The position numbers were made by a program, and so were the translations under genes. The notes under the pieces were generated by a model. That model saw only the letters and a program-made list of their open reading frames with translations, did no database searches and was not told where the DNA came from. From an uncultured SAR86 cluster bacterium (GTDB lineage: Bacteria; Pseudomonadota; Gammaproteobacteria; Magnimaribacterales; D2472), in NCBI GenBank assembly GCA_964276145.1, contig CAXYDN010000007.1:167122-231121 (forward strand): a stretch of 64,000 nucleotides of DNA, given 5' to 3'. This document shows positions 1 to 9,319 of this stretch, one piece after another (the first letter of the stretch is position 1; each line of letters begins with the position of its first letter).

Positions 1-2147
1 TTTGCAGCAACATAACTTCCTTCCGCATAGTAGTTTTCATATGCTAGATCGTAGTTATTAGATTTAAGTGATTGAAGGTTTGGATTACCGCCACTTGCTG
101 TAGGGTTCCAAAAGTCTGCATTTCCGTATGATAATTGTGATCTTTTATCTTGAAGACTTGGTCTTGCAATTGTTTTACTTGCTGAAAATCTAATGACTTC
201 ATTTTCACTTAATGCATAAGAAGCAGCAATACTCGGAAGAGTATCTTCAGTACTCCCGAATCTTGGAGCATCAATAATTCCACCTGAAGCTACGTACTCA
301 ACACCGTTGATAAAATCAACTCTAATCATATCTGGTCTAGCTTCTAAACTTGTTGATTTTGTATCAGATGATTCGTATCTGACACCTGCAATAATATTTA
401 AAGGCTTTCCTAGTAATTCAGTTTCCATGTTAAATTGAATAAATGCTGATTCTAAGTCTTCTGAAACTCTTTCATTTGAATCAATTGCACCTGGATCAAC
501 AGAACCACCAGCAGCAATGAATGCTGCAACGGCTGCATCTTTATCTATATCAAAGTAGTAAGAAGTTCCTAGTGTAGTATTAAAAGCATCCATAAACTCG
601 CCTAAATCTGTTTTAACAAAAAGGCTATCACTGAAATCATCTGCACTCGGACTTTGAATATTGTTAGCATTCTCGTATCTTTCATCATAGAACTTGCTTT
701 TAGTTGTAGACATACCAAAATCAACTGAATTAATTATTCCACCATCAAGGTTGATCCATTCGCCTTTTAATTGATACTGGTTCATTTCATTCTTTTTATA
801 TGCATCACGCGCGTATATGTTTGAAATATAATAATCAGAAGCATCAAAAGTATCGCTGTATGCAAAACTATTTATTCCAGAAGCTCCACCATTAGTATGA
901 GTAACTGTAGCTCTTTTGGCTGTCGATATTCCCATTTCATTTGGAAGCTCTGTACCATTTTTAATAGCAGCTGAGTGGTGAGCATCAAATGTAAAATTTA
1001 AAGAATCACTCACAACAAATTCAGTATTAAAACCTAGTGATTTATTAGCACTATTAGTGTCACCCCAAATTAATTGATGATCATATGCTCTATTAGCTAC
1101 AACAACGTCTGTAAACACACCATTCGAATTAACTGTTCCTGATTGTGTATCCCATCCACCGAGCCAAGATCCAAACATAGTACCAACTGAACTAAATTCA
1201 ACACCACTGTAAGTATAGTCAAAGGTTGAAACAACATTGTCAGAAAATGCAAATTGGAAAGTCAATTGAGCATTCTTTCTTAGTCTGTCATTATCTTTTA
1301 TTTGGTAAGCAGTAGGCTCTTGATAAAAAGTTGCGCCATCAGCTCTTGTATTATTATTTGTGATACCAGTCTGGTTTGGAGTAACTCTATTGTAACCTTC
1401 TAATGCAGCCATTCTTGACGGTATTAACCAGTTAGATTCTCTTGTACCTTCTTCTCTATTATTTCTATCTTGATATGAACCTGAGAATGAAAAACCCCAA
1501 TAATCTTTATTCGTTGCATATAGTAAGGATATTTCTGGTGTTTCTGAAGTAGTACTAGAAGTGTCATGGACTGTACCTACACTTATAGCTACTTTTGTTC
1601 CATCAATCATTAAAGGTTTGGTGGTTACCATATTAATAGTTGAACCAATACCACCTGAAGGTAATGAGTTATTAGTAGATTTAAACAATTCAACAGCAGA
1701 TACACCTGGAGATGCAATATCACCAAAGTTAAATGATCTTCCTCCACCCCACTGTCCTGGAACTGTAGGCATCTGCCTTCCATTTAAAGTAACTAGGTTA
1801 AGCTCTGGGCCAAAACCCCTAACAGCTACCCCTGCTCCCTCTAGGTTGCTTCTATCGATACCGACACCAGAAACTCTAGCTAGTGATTCAGCTAAATTAC
1901 CATCTGGAAACTTACCAAAGTCTTCAGCTGTAATTGCTTCCATAACCCCTACATTGTTTCTTTTGATGTCAATAGCACTTATTAAACTGCTTTTAATACC
2001 TGTAGTAACAATTTCCTCTACTTCAGTATTCTCAGCCTCTTCAGCTTCTTGTGAATACAATGAAGTTGAAAGTGGCAAAAGCACGATTAATGATAATAAA
2101 TATTTATACACGGATTTCCCCTTAAAAATTAACGAAATTAGTCGCAT
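1..2147 (-). CDS. TonB-dependent receptor (C-terminal part runs off the left window edge)
   Basis: Absent from the ORF track because it is edge-truncated. Hand translation of the minus strand from ATG 2147 (alternative GTG 2111 preceded by AAGGGG) gives MRLISLIFKGKSVYKYLLSLIVLLPLSTSLYSQEAEEAENTEVEEIVTTGIKSSLISAIDIKRNNVGVMEAITAEDFGKFPDGNLAESLARVSGVGIDRS...VRGFGPELNLVTLNGRQMP. That is a signal peptide followed by a plug domain. The same frame is still open at nt 56..1 (NYDLAYENYYAEGSYVAA, barrel-like). The + ORF 1561..2151 is its antisense shadow. Confidence 0.85.
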   Translation of the reverse strand, partial: MRLISLIFKGKSVYKYLLSLIVLLPLSTSLYSQEAEEAENTEVEEIVTTGIKSSLISAIDIKRNNVGVMEAITAEDFGKFPDGNLAESLARVSGVGIDRSNLEGAGVAVRGFGPELNLVTLNGRQMPTVPGQWGGGRSFNFGDIASPGVSAVELFKSTNNSLPSGGIGSTINMVTTKPLMIDGTKVAISVGTVHDTSSTTSETPEISLLYATNKDYWGFSFSGSYQDRNNREEGTRESNWLIPSRMAALEGYNRVTPNQTGITNNNTRADGATFYQEPTAYQIKDNDRLRKNAQLTFQFAFSDNVVSTFDYTYSGVEFSSVGTMFGSWLGGWDTQSGTVNSNGVFTDVVVANRAYDHQLIWGDTNSANKSLGFNTEFVVSDSLNFTFDAHHSAAIKNGTELPNEMGISTAKRATVTHTNGGASGINSFAYSDTFDASDYYISNIYARDAYKKNEMNQYQLKGEWINLDGGIINSVDFGMSTTKSKFYDERYENANNIQSPSADDFSDSLFVKTDLGEFMDAFNTTLGTSYYFDIDKDAAVAAFIAAGGSVDPGAIDSNERVSEDLESAFIQFNMETELLGKPLNIIAGVRYESSDTKSTSLEARPDMIRVDFINGVEYVASGGIIDAPRFGSTEDTLPSIAASYALSENEVIRFSASKTIARPSLQDKRSQLSYGNADFWNPTASGGNPNLQSLKSNNYDLAYENYYAEGSYVAA

Positions 2148-2196
2148 TTAACTCTTTCGTAAAGTAAATGTCAAGAATAATGTAAAGAGTATAAAA

Positions 2197-2215
2197 AATG
2201 TAAATAATTTACATT
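2197..2215. promoter_or_regulatory. 19-bp perfect palindrome AATGTAAAT-A-ATTTACATT upstream of the TonB-dependent receptor gene (candidate operator)
   Basis: Read directly: 9-bp arms with a 1-nt spacer, 50-100 nt upstream of the receptor start. The half-site AATGTAAA recurs at 2179..2186 and TAAATG at 2165..2170. The regulator is unknown. Resemblance to AT-rich Fur-type hexamers is only loose. Confidence 0.3.
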
Positions 2216-2231
2216 AAATTTTAGATAGTAT

Positions 2232-2267
2232 AAACAATTAGTCTTATAGATTTAAGACTAATTGTTT
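2232..2267 (-). terminator. Perfect 15-bp stem / 6-nt loop hairpin downstream of the RRM protein gene
   Basis: AAACAATTAGTCTTA-tagatt-TAAGACTAATTGTTT lies 30 nt after the stop codon at 2297. The A/T-rich stem ends give U-stretches in both orientations. Confidence 0.6.
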
Positions 2268-2296
2268 AGTAAATGTAGGTAAAAGTTGGTTGGGTT

Positions 2297-2542
2297 TTAT
2301 CTAGATTCTTTTGGTCTAGATTCGTTTACAACTAATTTTCTGCCCTCTATCTCAGTTTCGTTGAGAGCTTCTATAGCTGCTTCAGCACCGTCACTCATTT
2401 CAACAAAACCAAAACCTCTAGAACGATTTGTCATTCTATCAGTAATAATTTTTGCTGAGGTAACAGTTCCGTGTTCTGCAAAAAGATTTTCAAGGTCTTG
2501 GTCGCTCATGCCCCAAGATAAGTTTCCGACGTAAATATTCAT
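2297..2542 (-). CDS. RNA-binding protein with a single RRM (RNP-1/RNP-2) domain
   Basis: MNIYVGNLSWGMSDQDL (RNP-2) and RGFGFVEM (RNP-1). ATG 2542 is preferred over the track's TTG at 2551. Confidence 0.88.
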   Translation of the reverse strand: MNIYVGNLSWGMSDQDLENLFAEHGTVTSAKIITDRMTNRSRGFGFVEMSDGAEAAIEALNETEIEGRKLVVNESRPKESR

Positions 2543-2603
2543 AATATCCAATAATTAAAAAAAGTGTATCTTACAGTAAAATTTAGAATAATAGTAAAAA
2601 AAT

Positions 2604-3533
2604 TTACTCTTCAATAAACCTTAATGTTTCATCCCCAAATTCCGACCACCACTCAAGACCCATTAAATGAATTTTTTCTATGTTTTCATCGGAATCGTCA
2701 TCAAGCATTTTATTGATGTTGCCAATTGAAGAGTTAACCCTTAAGTAATTTTTATCTATAATATGTTTAGCAATATCATTATGAATTTCAGAATCAAGCA
2801 TCATTCCCATAATGTCATTCCTGAGCCAGCCAACACCACCCCATTTAGATGATATTTCGCCTTTAATTCGTTGTTTGTTAATTCCAGCTCCAATGCTTAA
2901 GACCTTAATATTATCGCTATTAAAATAATCTTTTGCATGATTAAAGCCAATTAAAGTAGGGTTATTAGTAACAACTCCTCCATCGATCATCCAGGAGCCA
3001 TCTTGCATCTGATATGTAGGAAAATACATTGGAGCTGCACTAGATGCTGAAACTGCATCTATGAAATTAACATTAGGTGTCAGTATACTCGAATGAATAA
3101 CATGCTTTCTATTTTCAATGTCATAACACAGAGTAAGAATAGGTTTTTTTGATTCTCCAAGAGTTTTCTTTCCGAATATTTCATTCAGAACTTTTACTCT
3201 TCCTTTGGTCTCATATCTTGGTCTAGCCTGAATAAGCGATGCCTGATCCCAAAAAAAAGATGTTTCCATAATTCTATCGGTATATTCTTTTGTCCAATAA
3301 TTTTTTAACGTAGCGGCTGACATTTCATGAAATGCTAAACAAGATGCGTTAAACGCCCCTGCGCTTGTTCCAACAAACATATCAAAAATATCAGATATTT
3401 TTCTTCCACTCTGAGCTTCAAGTTTTTTTAAAAAGACTATTCCTGCGATTACACGAACACCACCACCATCAAATGAAATAATTTTTTTAGTTTTTTCTTT
3501 TTTTTTATTAAAAAGATTAGAAAACATATTCAC
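2604..3533 (-). CDS. Patatin-like phospholipase
   Basis: FDGGGVRV oxyanion motif, GTSAG nucleophile elbow and MIDGGVVTNNP (catalytic Asp). Confidence 0.88.
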   Translation of the reverse strand: MNMFSNLFNKKKEKTKKIISFDGGGVRVIAGIVFLKKLEAQSGRKISDIFDMFVGTSAGAFNASCLAFHEMSAATLKNYWTKEYTDRIMETSFFWDQASLIQARPRYETKGRVKVLNEIFGKKTLGESKKPILTLCYDIENRKHVIHSSILTPNVNFIDAVSASSAAPMYFPTYQMQDGSWMIDGGVVTNNPTLIGFNHAKDYFNSDNIKVLSIGAGINKQRIKGEISSKWGGVGWLRNDIMGMMLDSEIHNDIAKHIIDKNYLRVNSSIGNINKMLDDDSDENIEKIHLMGLEWWSEFGDETLRFIEE

Positions 3534-3570
3534 CTAAATATTGTAACTTCCTACATTCAGTATAGATATA

Positions 3571-3598
3571 AAAAAAGGCTCTTATGAGCCCCTTTTTA
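3571..3598. terminator. Bidirectional rho-independent terminator
   Basis: AAAAAAGGCTC-ttat-GAGCCCCTTTTT sits between the PAN-domain gene stop (3614) and the patatin gene start (3533). Confidence 0.65.
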
Positions 3599-3613
3599 AT
3601 TTACATCTAAGAT

Positions 3614-3904
3614 TTAACTTTTAATGCCTGAAGTTGAATTAGAGTCTGAAATTTCTCTAGAAACATTCTTAAGAATGGTGCAACTTCCTTTTGATGTATC
3701 TAATGTAAATGCTACACAAGAATTTCTAGATTCACATAAAGCTTGGCAAGCCTCTACATTTGTATATTTTTTAGACGTTTTGACATTAGAAATCTTACCT
3801 TTAAACAAGATGTTTTCTTTTGTTTCAAATTTCATGTCAGCAGCTTCTGTTGAAACAGCAAAGAACACAATGCTTAATGCGGTTACTTTAATTAAATGAT
3901 TCAT
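3614..3904 (-). CDS. Small secreted Cys-rich protein, PAN/Apple-like domain
   Basis: Signal peptide MNHLIKVTALSIVFFAVSTEA. The cysteine pattern ACQALCESRNSCVAFTLDTSKGSCTILKN is typical of PAN/Apple modules. Confidence 0.6.
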   Translation of the reverse strand: MNHLIKVTALSIVFFAVSTEAADMKFETKENILFKGKISNVKTSKKYTNVEACQALCESRNSCVAFTLDTSKGSCTILKNVSREISDSNSTSGIKS

Positions 3905-3934
3905 TTTAATACCTATAGTTTGGGGGTTAAATTA

Positions 3935-3953
3935 ATGTTTACACTGTAAACAT
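3935..3953. promoter_or_regulatory. Perfect palindrome ATGTTTACA-C-TGTAAACAT upstream of the PAN-domain gene
   Basis: Read directly: 9-bp arms, about 31 nt upstream of the start at 3904. Function unknown. Confidence 0.25.
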
Positions 3954-4015
3954 AGAAGATGATACAGTATAATGTATGCACTGTATACATTATGTTTAAA
4001 ATTAAATATATAAAA

Positions 4016-4330
4016 TTAATTACTTATATTTATATCTAATAATTTACTTGCTTCTTTAATGCTGCCTGCATTGGTTACCTTCAAAAAACCATTTTCTAAA
4101 AGAATCTTTGTAGCCTTGCCAGACCTGTTACCACTTCTACAATAAAGATAAATTTCTTCGTCTTTAGAGGTATTTGATGATATGTCTAAAATATCTTCCC
4201 ACTGGACATGAATTGCAGATTCTAAATGACCAGTTTCCCACTCCTGTAAGGTTCTAACATCGATTACAGTTAAAGCAAAACAATTGATTGACAGGATACT
4301 AAAAAAGAAAATTTTTATATTACAAATCAT
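4016..4330 (-). CDS. Rhodanese-domain sulfurtransferase, exported
   Basis: N-terminal hydrophobic signal and active-site loop YCRSGNRS. Its start abuts the GMC gene stop (4331). Confidence 0.85.
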   Translation of the reverse strand: MICNIKIFFFSILSINCFALTVIDVRTLQEWETGHLESAIHVQWEDILDISSNTSKDEEIYLYCRSGNRSGKATKILLENGFLKVTNAGSIKEASKLLDINISN

Positions 4331-6010
4331 TTAATTCCAATCTTTTAGAATGATATCAGAAGCTTTTTCACCAATCATGATTGTAGGTGCATTGGTATTG
4401 CCTCCGACCAATGTAGGCATGATTGAAGCATCCACAACTCTTAACCCATCAACCTTATGAACTTTTAATTTATTATTAACAACTGACATTTCATCCAATC
4501 CCATCATGCAAGTCCCAACTGGATGATAGACAGTGTCTGCTTCTTCTCGAATGGCTTTCTCAATATCTTCATCATCATCCATATCGATAGGCCTATAAAC
4601 ATGTTTACTTGTATATTTTGATAAAGGTTCTTTATTCATAATCTTCATCATTTTTTTATAGCCCTCAACCATATCTCTCATGTCATCTGGATGAGATAAA
4701 AATTTAGGGTCTATTTTTGGGTCCTCAAAAGGATCAGCTGAATTTAATGTTACCTGCCCTCTTGATTTTGGCCTTAAAAGACATGTGTGACAGCTTATAC
4801 CAGTCCCCCAAAGTTGTTGTCTTCCATGGTCTACAACCATTCCAGGTGCAAAATGAAGCTGTATATCAGGCACTGAAATATCATTCCTAGATCTTATAAA
4901 ACCTCCTGCCTCAGCAACAGTTGAAGTAAATAGTCCTGTCTTAGTAAAAATGTACTTCAAAATTTCATAAGGAAACTTAAAGAATATAGTTCCCAAAGAA
5001 AAACCTATTAGATTGATTGATTTATATTTATGTACGGAAAGATAGTCGATATGGTCTTGTAAGTTTTTACCAACTCCAGGTAGGTCAACTTTATGTTCGA
5101 TGCCATGTTTTATAATCTCTTCACTAGGACCAACCCCTGATCTCAATAAAATTTGAGGCGAACCAAAGGCTCCAGAAGATAGAAGAACTTCTTTTGTTGC
5201 TTTAACAAAAAATTCTTCTCCCTCTTCGTTGATACAATGAACACCCGAAGCTTTATTGTCGTCAATAGCTATTTTAGCTACATTAGTATCAGTCAATATT
5301 GTGAGGTTTTCTCTATCCAAAATTGGGACTAAATATGCTTTTGCTGCACTACACCTTTTACCGTCTTTTTGAGTGGTCTGATAGTAACCAATTCCCTCTT
5401 GGCTTTCTCCATTAAAATCTTCGTTATAGCCAAATATTGAAGAACCTGTTTTTACAAAATCATCTACCGATTTATTTTTGTGTCTTATTTTTGCAACGTT
5501 TAATGGTCCATTTTGACCATGAAAATTATCATCAAAGATTTCGTTGTGTTCAGCTTTTTTAAAATAGGGTAAAACATCATCATACGACCAGCCCTCATTT
5601 CCAAGTTCTGCCCAGTGGTCGTAATCCCATTTGTGACCTCGCACATATAGCATTGCATTAATTGAGCTTGATCCTCCTAAAGTCTTTCCTCTTGGCTGGT
5701 ATCCTCTTCTATGCTCTTGAACTTCATTTTCAATTTCATGCACTCCTCCAGCAGAGTCAACAACAGCTGTTGAAGGAGCTGTTACTGATACTTTTTCAAA
5801 TTCCGTTTGTGGCTCAGTATTATAATTCCAGCTATATTTACTACCCTCTCCTAGAAAAGCGAAACCTAAAGGGACATGCAATCGCATATCCGTATCTTTA
5901 GAACCAGCTTCAATGAGACACACATTAAAATTTGAATTTGCACTAAGCCTATTCGCTAGAACACAACCAGCCGAGCCAGCCCCTAAAATAATAAAATCAT
6001 AGCTTTTCAT
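4331..6010 (-). CDS. GMC-family FAD oxidoreductase (choline/alcohol dehydrogenase-like)
   Basis: [22 protein letters not shown]-binding fold and C-terminal HPVGTCMMG / [15 protein letters not shown] signatures. 559 aa. Confidence 0.9.
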   Translation of the reverse strand: MKSYDFIILGAGSAGCVLANRLSANSNFNVCLIEAGSKDTDMRLHVPLGFAFLGEGSKYSWNYNTEPQTEFEKVSVTAPSTAVVDSAGGVHEIENEVQEHRRGYQPRGKTLGGSSSINAMLYVRGHKWDYDHWAELGNEGWSYDDVLPYFKKAEHNEIFDDNFHGQNGPLNVAKIRHKNKSVDDFVKTGSSIFGYNEDFNGESQEGIGYYQTTQKDGKRCSAAKAYLVPILDRENLTILTDTNVAKIAIDDNKASGVHCINEEGEEFFVKATKEVLLSSGAFGSPQILLRSGVGPSEEIIKHGIEHKVDLPGVGKNLQDHIDYLSVHKYKSINLIGFSLGTIFFKFPYEILKYIFTKTGLFTSTVAEAGGFIRSRNDISVPDIQLHFAPGMVVDHGRQQLWGTGISCHTCLLRPKSRGQVTLNSADPFEDPKIDPKFLSHPDDMRDMVEGYKKMMKIMNKEPLSKYTSKHVYRPIDMDDDEDIEKAIREEADTVYHPVGTCMMGLDEMSVVNNKLKVHKVDGLRVVDASIMPTLVGGNTNAPTIMIGEKASDIILKDWN

Positions 6011-6099
6011 TTATCAACACTCTAATTTATAGTCTCTTAAGTTTATGATTTCAAAAACAAACTGTAAACTTATATATTAATAAACAGCTAAGACATATT

Positions 6100-6849
6100 G
6101 TGAGTATTTTTAATAGTTTTCTAATCTTATGGATCGTGGTAGCAGCAATTACCTTTGTATATCTATTTTTTGTAAGTGCTCCATACGGCAGACATATTAG
6201 GACAGGATGGGGTAGAAATATTTCAGCAAGGGCAGGATGGGTAATAATGGAATCACCCTGTGTTGTCATAATGTCGGTCTATGCTTTCATTGTTAGAGAT
6301 AACTTAGAGACCGTACATATAATTTTTTTATCGCTTTGGATGCTGCACTACATTCACAGATCATTTATTTATCCATTTGTCATTGATATGACAAATCCTA
6401 AGATGCCAATAAGCATCGCAAGCTCTGCATTCTTTTTTAATATTGTTAATGTGAACCTGCAAGCATTTGGTATCTATTATCTTACTGAATATTCTTCGGA
6501 TTGGATTAATAATCAGATATTTTATATAGGACTGATTATCTTTTTTACAGGCATGTATATCAATATAAAGTCTGACTATCTTATTATTGCTCTAAGAAAA
6601 AATATGGGTCCTGGTTATCATCTTCCAACAAAGTTTATGCATAAATATATCTCTTCACCCAATTACTTTGGTGAAATAATAGAATGGCTTGGGTGGGCTA
6701 TTTTGACCTGGAGCATCTCTGGAGCTGTTTTTGCTCTATGGACTATAGCGAATTTATTGCCAAGAGCATTTACCCACCATCAATGGTACAAAGAAAAATT
6801 TCCTGATTATCCCAAAAATAGAAAAGCTATTATTCCTGGAATTATTTAA
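6100..6849 (+). CDS. 3-oxo-5-alpha-steroid 4-dehydrogenase (steroid 5-alpha-reductase) family membrane protein
   Basis: Polytopic membrane protein with the C-terminal SSPNYFGEIIEWLGWAILT motif. GTG start. Confidence 0.8.
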   Translation: MSIFNSFLILWIVVAAITFVYLFFVSAPYGRHIRTGWGRNISARAGWVIMESPCVVIMSVYAFIVRDNLETVHIIFLSLWMLHYIHRSFIYPFVIDMTNPKMPISIASSAFFFNIVNVNLQAFGIYYLTEYSSDWINNQIFYIGLIIFFTGMYINIKSDYLIIALRKNMGPGYHLPTKFMHKYISSPNYFGEIIEWLGWAILTWSISGAVFALWTIANLLPRAFTHHQWYKEKFPDYPKNRKAIIPGII

Positions 6850-7849
6850 GCATTCCTAACTCTTTCATTTGATTAGCAATTTCAACAATTGACTCCTCTG
6901 CTGGCCTAGGATTCCATCCCAAAATATCTTTTGCTTTAGAAGTATGCTTAACGCTTCTTAGCCTACCAAGATAAGGAAGAGTAAGCTTTAATTCCTTACT
7001 AAAATTAGCCATAATTTTTGCAAGCCAAACTGGAATTCCAACAGTTGGTGCTTTTTCAAAGCCATTTTCTCTTAAGAGCTTGGCGACATCCTTATACCAT
7101 AAATCTTTTTCGGCTAATGCAAATCTTTCCCCGCTTGAAGCTGGAGTTTGCATTGCAAGAATATGAGCTGCTGCTACATCTTTAACATCTACATATCCAA
7201 ACATGAGAGGAACTGCTACAGGCATTTTACCGCTAGCTACCATTTGCACTGCTTTATTAGATTCGCCAATATCACCAGACAATGATGAGCCCACAACAAG
7301 CGCAGGATTGATAACAGCTAATTCAAAAGGGTCATCATGAGTCTCTACAAAATCCCAGGCAGCTCTCTCTGCAAGAGTCTTACTTTTTGAGTAATGACTT
7401 ATTGCTGGGTTTTTTGGATCTGACCAGTCTGTTTCATCGTAGTAACTTTTCTTCTCCATGGTATCAAAGATTGCAGCCACAGATGAGGTCAAGACAACTT
7501 TTTTAACTTTATGTTTTTTTGCAAACTTAAATGCTCTGTTTACTCCTGCAACTGCTGGCTTAACAAAAAAATCTTCATCATGATTTTCAAGAGCAATCGG
7601 TGAGGCAACATGAAGCAGATAATCACAGCCTGACATACCATCATCCCAGCCATCATCTTCTGTTAAATTAAAAGTATACAAATTAAGGTTCTCAGTAGAT
7701 GTATTGTGCTTTTGTAATGCTTCTATTATTTCATTTTTTCTATCAGGAGATCTAACAGAGCCGTTTACTGCATACCCTTGATTTAAAAGTTGGTGAATGC
7801 AATGAAGTCCTATAAAACCTGTTGCTCCTGTTACTAAAACTTTTTCCAT
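6842..7849 (-). CDS. NAD(P)-dependent epimerase/dehydratase-fold reductase (dihydroflavonol/aldehyde reductase-like)
   Basis: VLVTGATGFIGLH Rossmann motif and YSKSK (YxxxK). Confidence 0.85.
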   Translation of the reverse strand: MEKVLVTGATGFIGLHCIHQLLNQGYAVNGSVRSPDRKNEIIEALQKHNTSTENLNLYTFNLTEDDGWDDGMSGCDYLLHVASPIALENHDEDFFVKPAVAGVNRAFKFAKKHKVKKVVLTSSVAAIFDTMEKKSYYDETDWSDPKNPAISHYSKSKTLAERAAWDFVETHDDPFELAVINPALVVGSSLSGDIGESNKAVQMVASGKMPVAVPLMFGYVDVKDVAAAHILAMQTPASSGERFALAEKDLWYKDVAKLLRENGFEKAPTVGIPVWLAKIMANFSKELKLTLPYLGRLRSVKHTSKAKDILGWNPRPAEESIVEIANQMKELGMLK

Positions 7850-7880
7850 TTTTTCCTTAATTAAAATTTATATCCCATTA

Positions 7881-9216
7881 TTACATATCGTTAGCTTCTC
7901 TCTCTAAAGCAGCAGCAAAAGATATTATTTGTTTATCTGCCCATGGTCTTCCTATAAAGGATAATCCAACTGGAAAATTATTGATTTTAAAATATGGGAT
8001 TGTTATGTGTGGAAGCCCTCCAAACGCAGCATAGCCGCCGTTACCAAAAGATAAAGTATCTTTAGTGGCTTCTCTATCTCCACCTTGATAATTAATTTTC
8101 CATGCAGGACCTCTAGTAAGACCAATAAATGCATCCAAATTATATTTATTCATGAGCTCTAATGTCTTGTTTTTTGAAGCCATTAATGCGGCTTTAGAGT
8201 TGCGATATTTATTTAAATCTTTAGCTGCATCTTCAGCAGCATAAAAAATTTCTTGATTAAAAAAAGGCATAACCACTTTAGAATTTTCATTATTAAAATC
8301 TATGATTTCTTTCAAGGATTTTTTTTCTTCCGACGAATGCTTAAGATAGTCTTCAAGCCCATATTTAAATTCATACAAAAGAACAAAATATTCTTCTGCA
8401 GATGGATATTTCCTTTCATCCTCAATGAAAATAATTTCACCACCAAGATCCCTAACATTCTGTATCAAGTATTTTTAAAAAATTTTTTCCATGTTCGCTA
8501 TTAAAACCCGAATCAAGTAAGCCAAATCTTTTTCCATTCAAAGTTTTATTGCTTGCAGCTTCTTTAAAATTAAAATCAAAGCTTGTTGGTATTTCTTTTG
8601 TTTTTAAGTCGCTTGAATCAAGGCCGGCTATACTTTGAAGAGTTAGAGCGACAATCTCAACAGATATACCAATAGGTCCTGCAGTATCTTGAGATTCTGA
8701 TATAGGTATTATTCCACTTCTGCTTACCAAGCCAAGTGTAGGCTTCATACCAACCACACCAACAACTGAAGCTGGGCAAGTTATAGAGCCATTAGTTTCA
8801 GTTCCTATAGCCACATCAACTATGCCTGATGCGACTGCAACTGCAGATCCAGAACTTGAGCCGCAAGGATTGTATTCTTTATTTAGTGGATGCATAGTTT
8901 GACCGTTAATACTAGACCAGCCGCTAATTGAGTTTGTTGACCTAAAGTTTGCCCATTCAGATAAATTAGCCTTACCTTTAATATGAAAGCCATTAATAAG
9001 TAATTTATCTATTAAAAACGCATTTTCTTTAGCAATATTATTTTTAAGTGCCAAAGATCCAGCAGAAGTAACGGTCCCCTTAATATCAATATTGTCTTTA
9101 ACAACAATATTTATCTTACTGGTATCTGTTGATGAGGGATATTCCTTAATTAATGCATTAAAATCATCTGCTTGAAGATGATGAAAGATAAACAAAAGAA
9201 GAAGATAATTTTTCAT
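7881..9216 (-). pseudogene. Amidase (amidase-signature family), split by a frameshift near 8455..8475
   Basis: The N-terminal ORF 8452..9216 carries the signal-like N-terminus and the CGSSSGSAVAVASG...GTETNGSI signature. The C-terminal ORF 7881..8468 continues the family in another frame (..IQNVRDLGGEIIFIED.., ..GLPHITIP..). The junction lies in GGAAAAAATTTTTTAAAAATACTTGATACAG. Confidence 0.7.
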
Positions 9217-9319
9217 TCTTTTATTGTACTAGATTCTATATTCTCTTAAATGCTGTCAAGTTTGCTTGACATAAATTATTGTTATAATATGAGTGATATT
9301 AATTTATATTCAACATATT

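Noticed and set aside
1561-2151. 196-aa + strand ORF from the track
   Set aside because: The product is low-complexity (Pro/Ser/Thr/Leu-rich). It lies exactly antisense to a clear TonB-dependent receptor plug and N-terminal barrel on the minus strand.
9250-9290. Sigma-70 promoter TTGACA ... TATAAT upstream of the M16 peptidase
   Set aside because: The two hexamers are only 11 nt apart, too short for a functional spacer. The neighbouring TGTCAAG/CTTGACA inverted repeat is only 7 bp.
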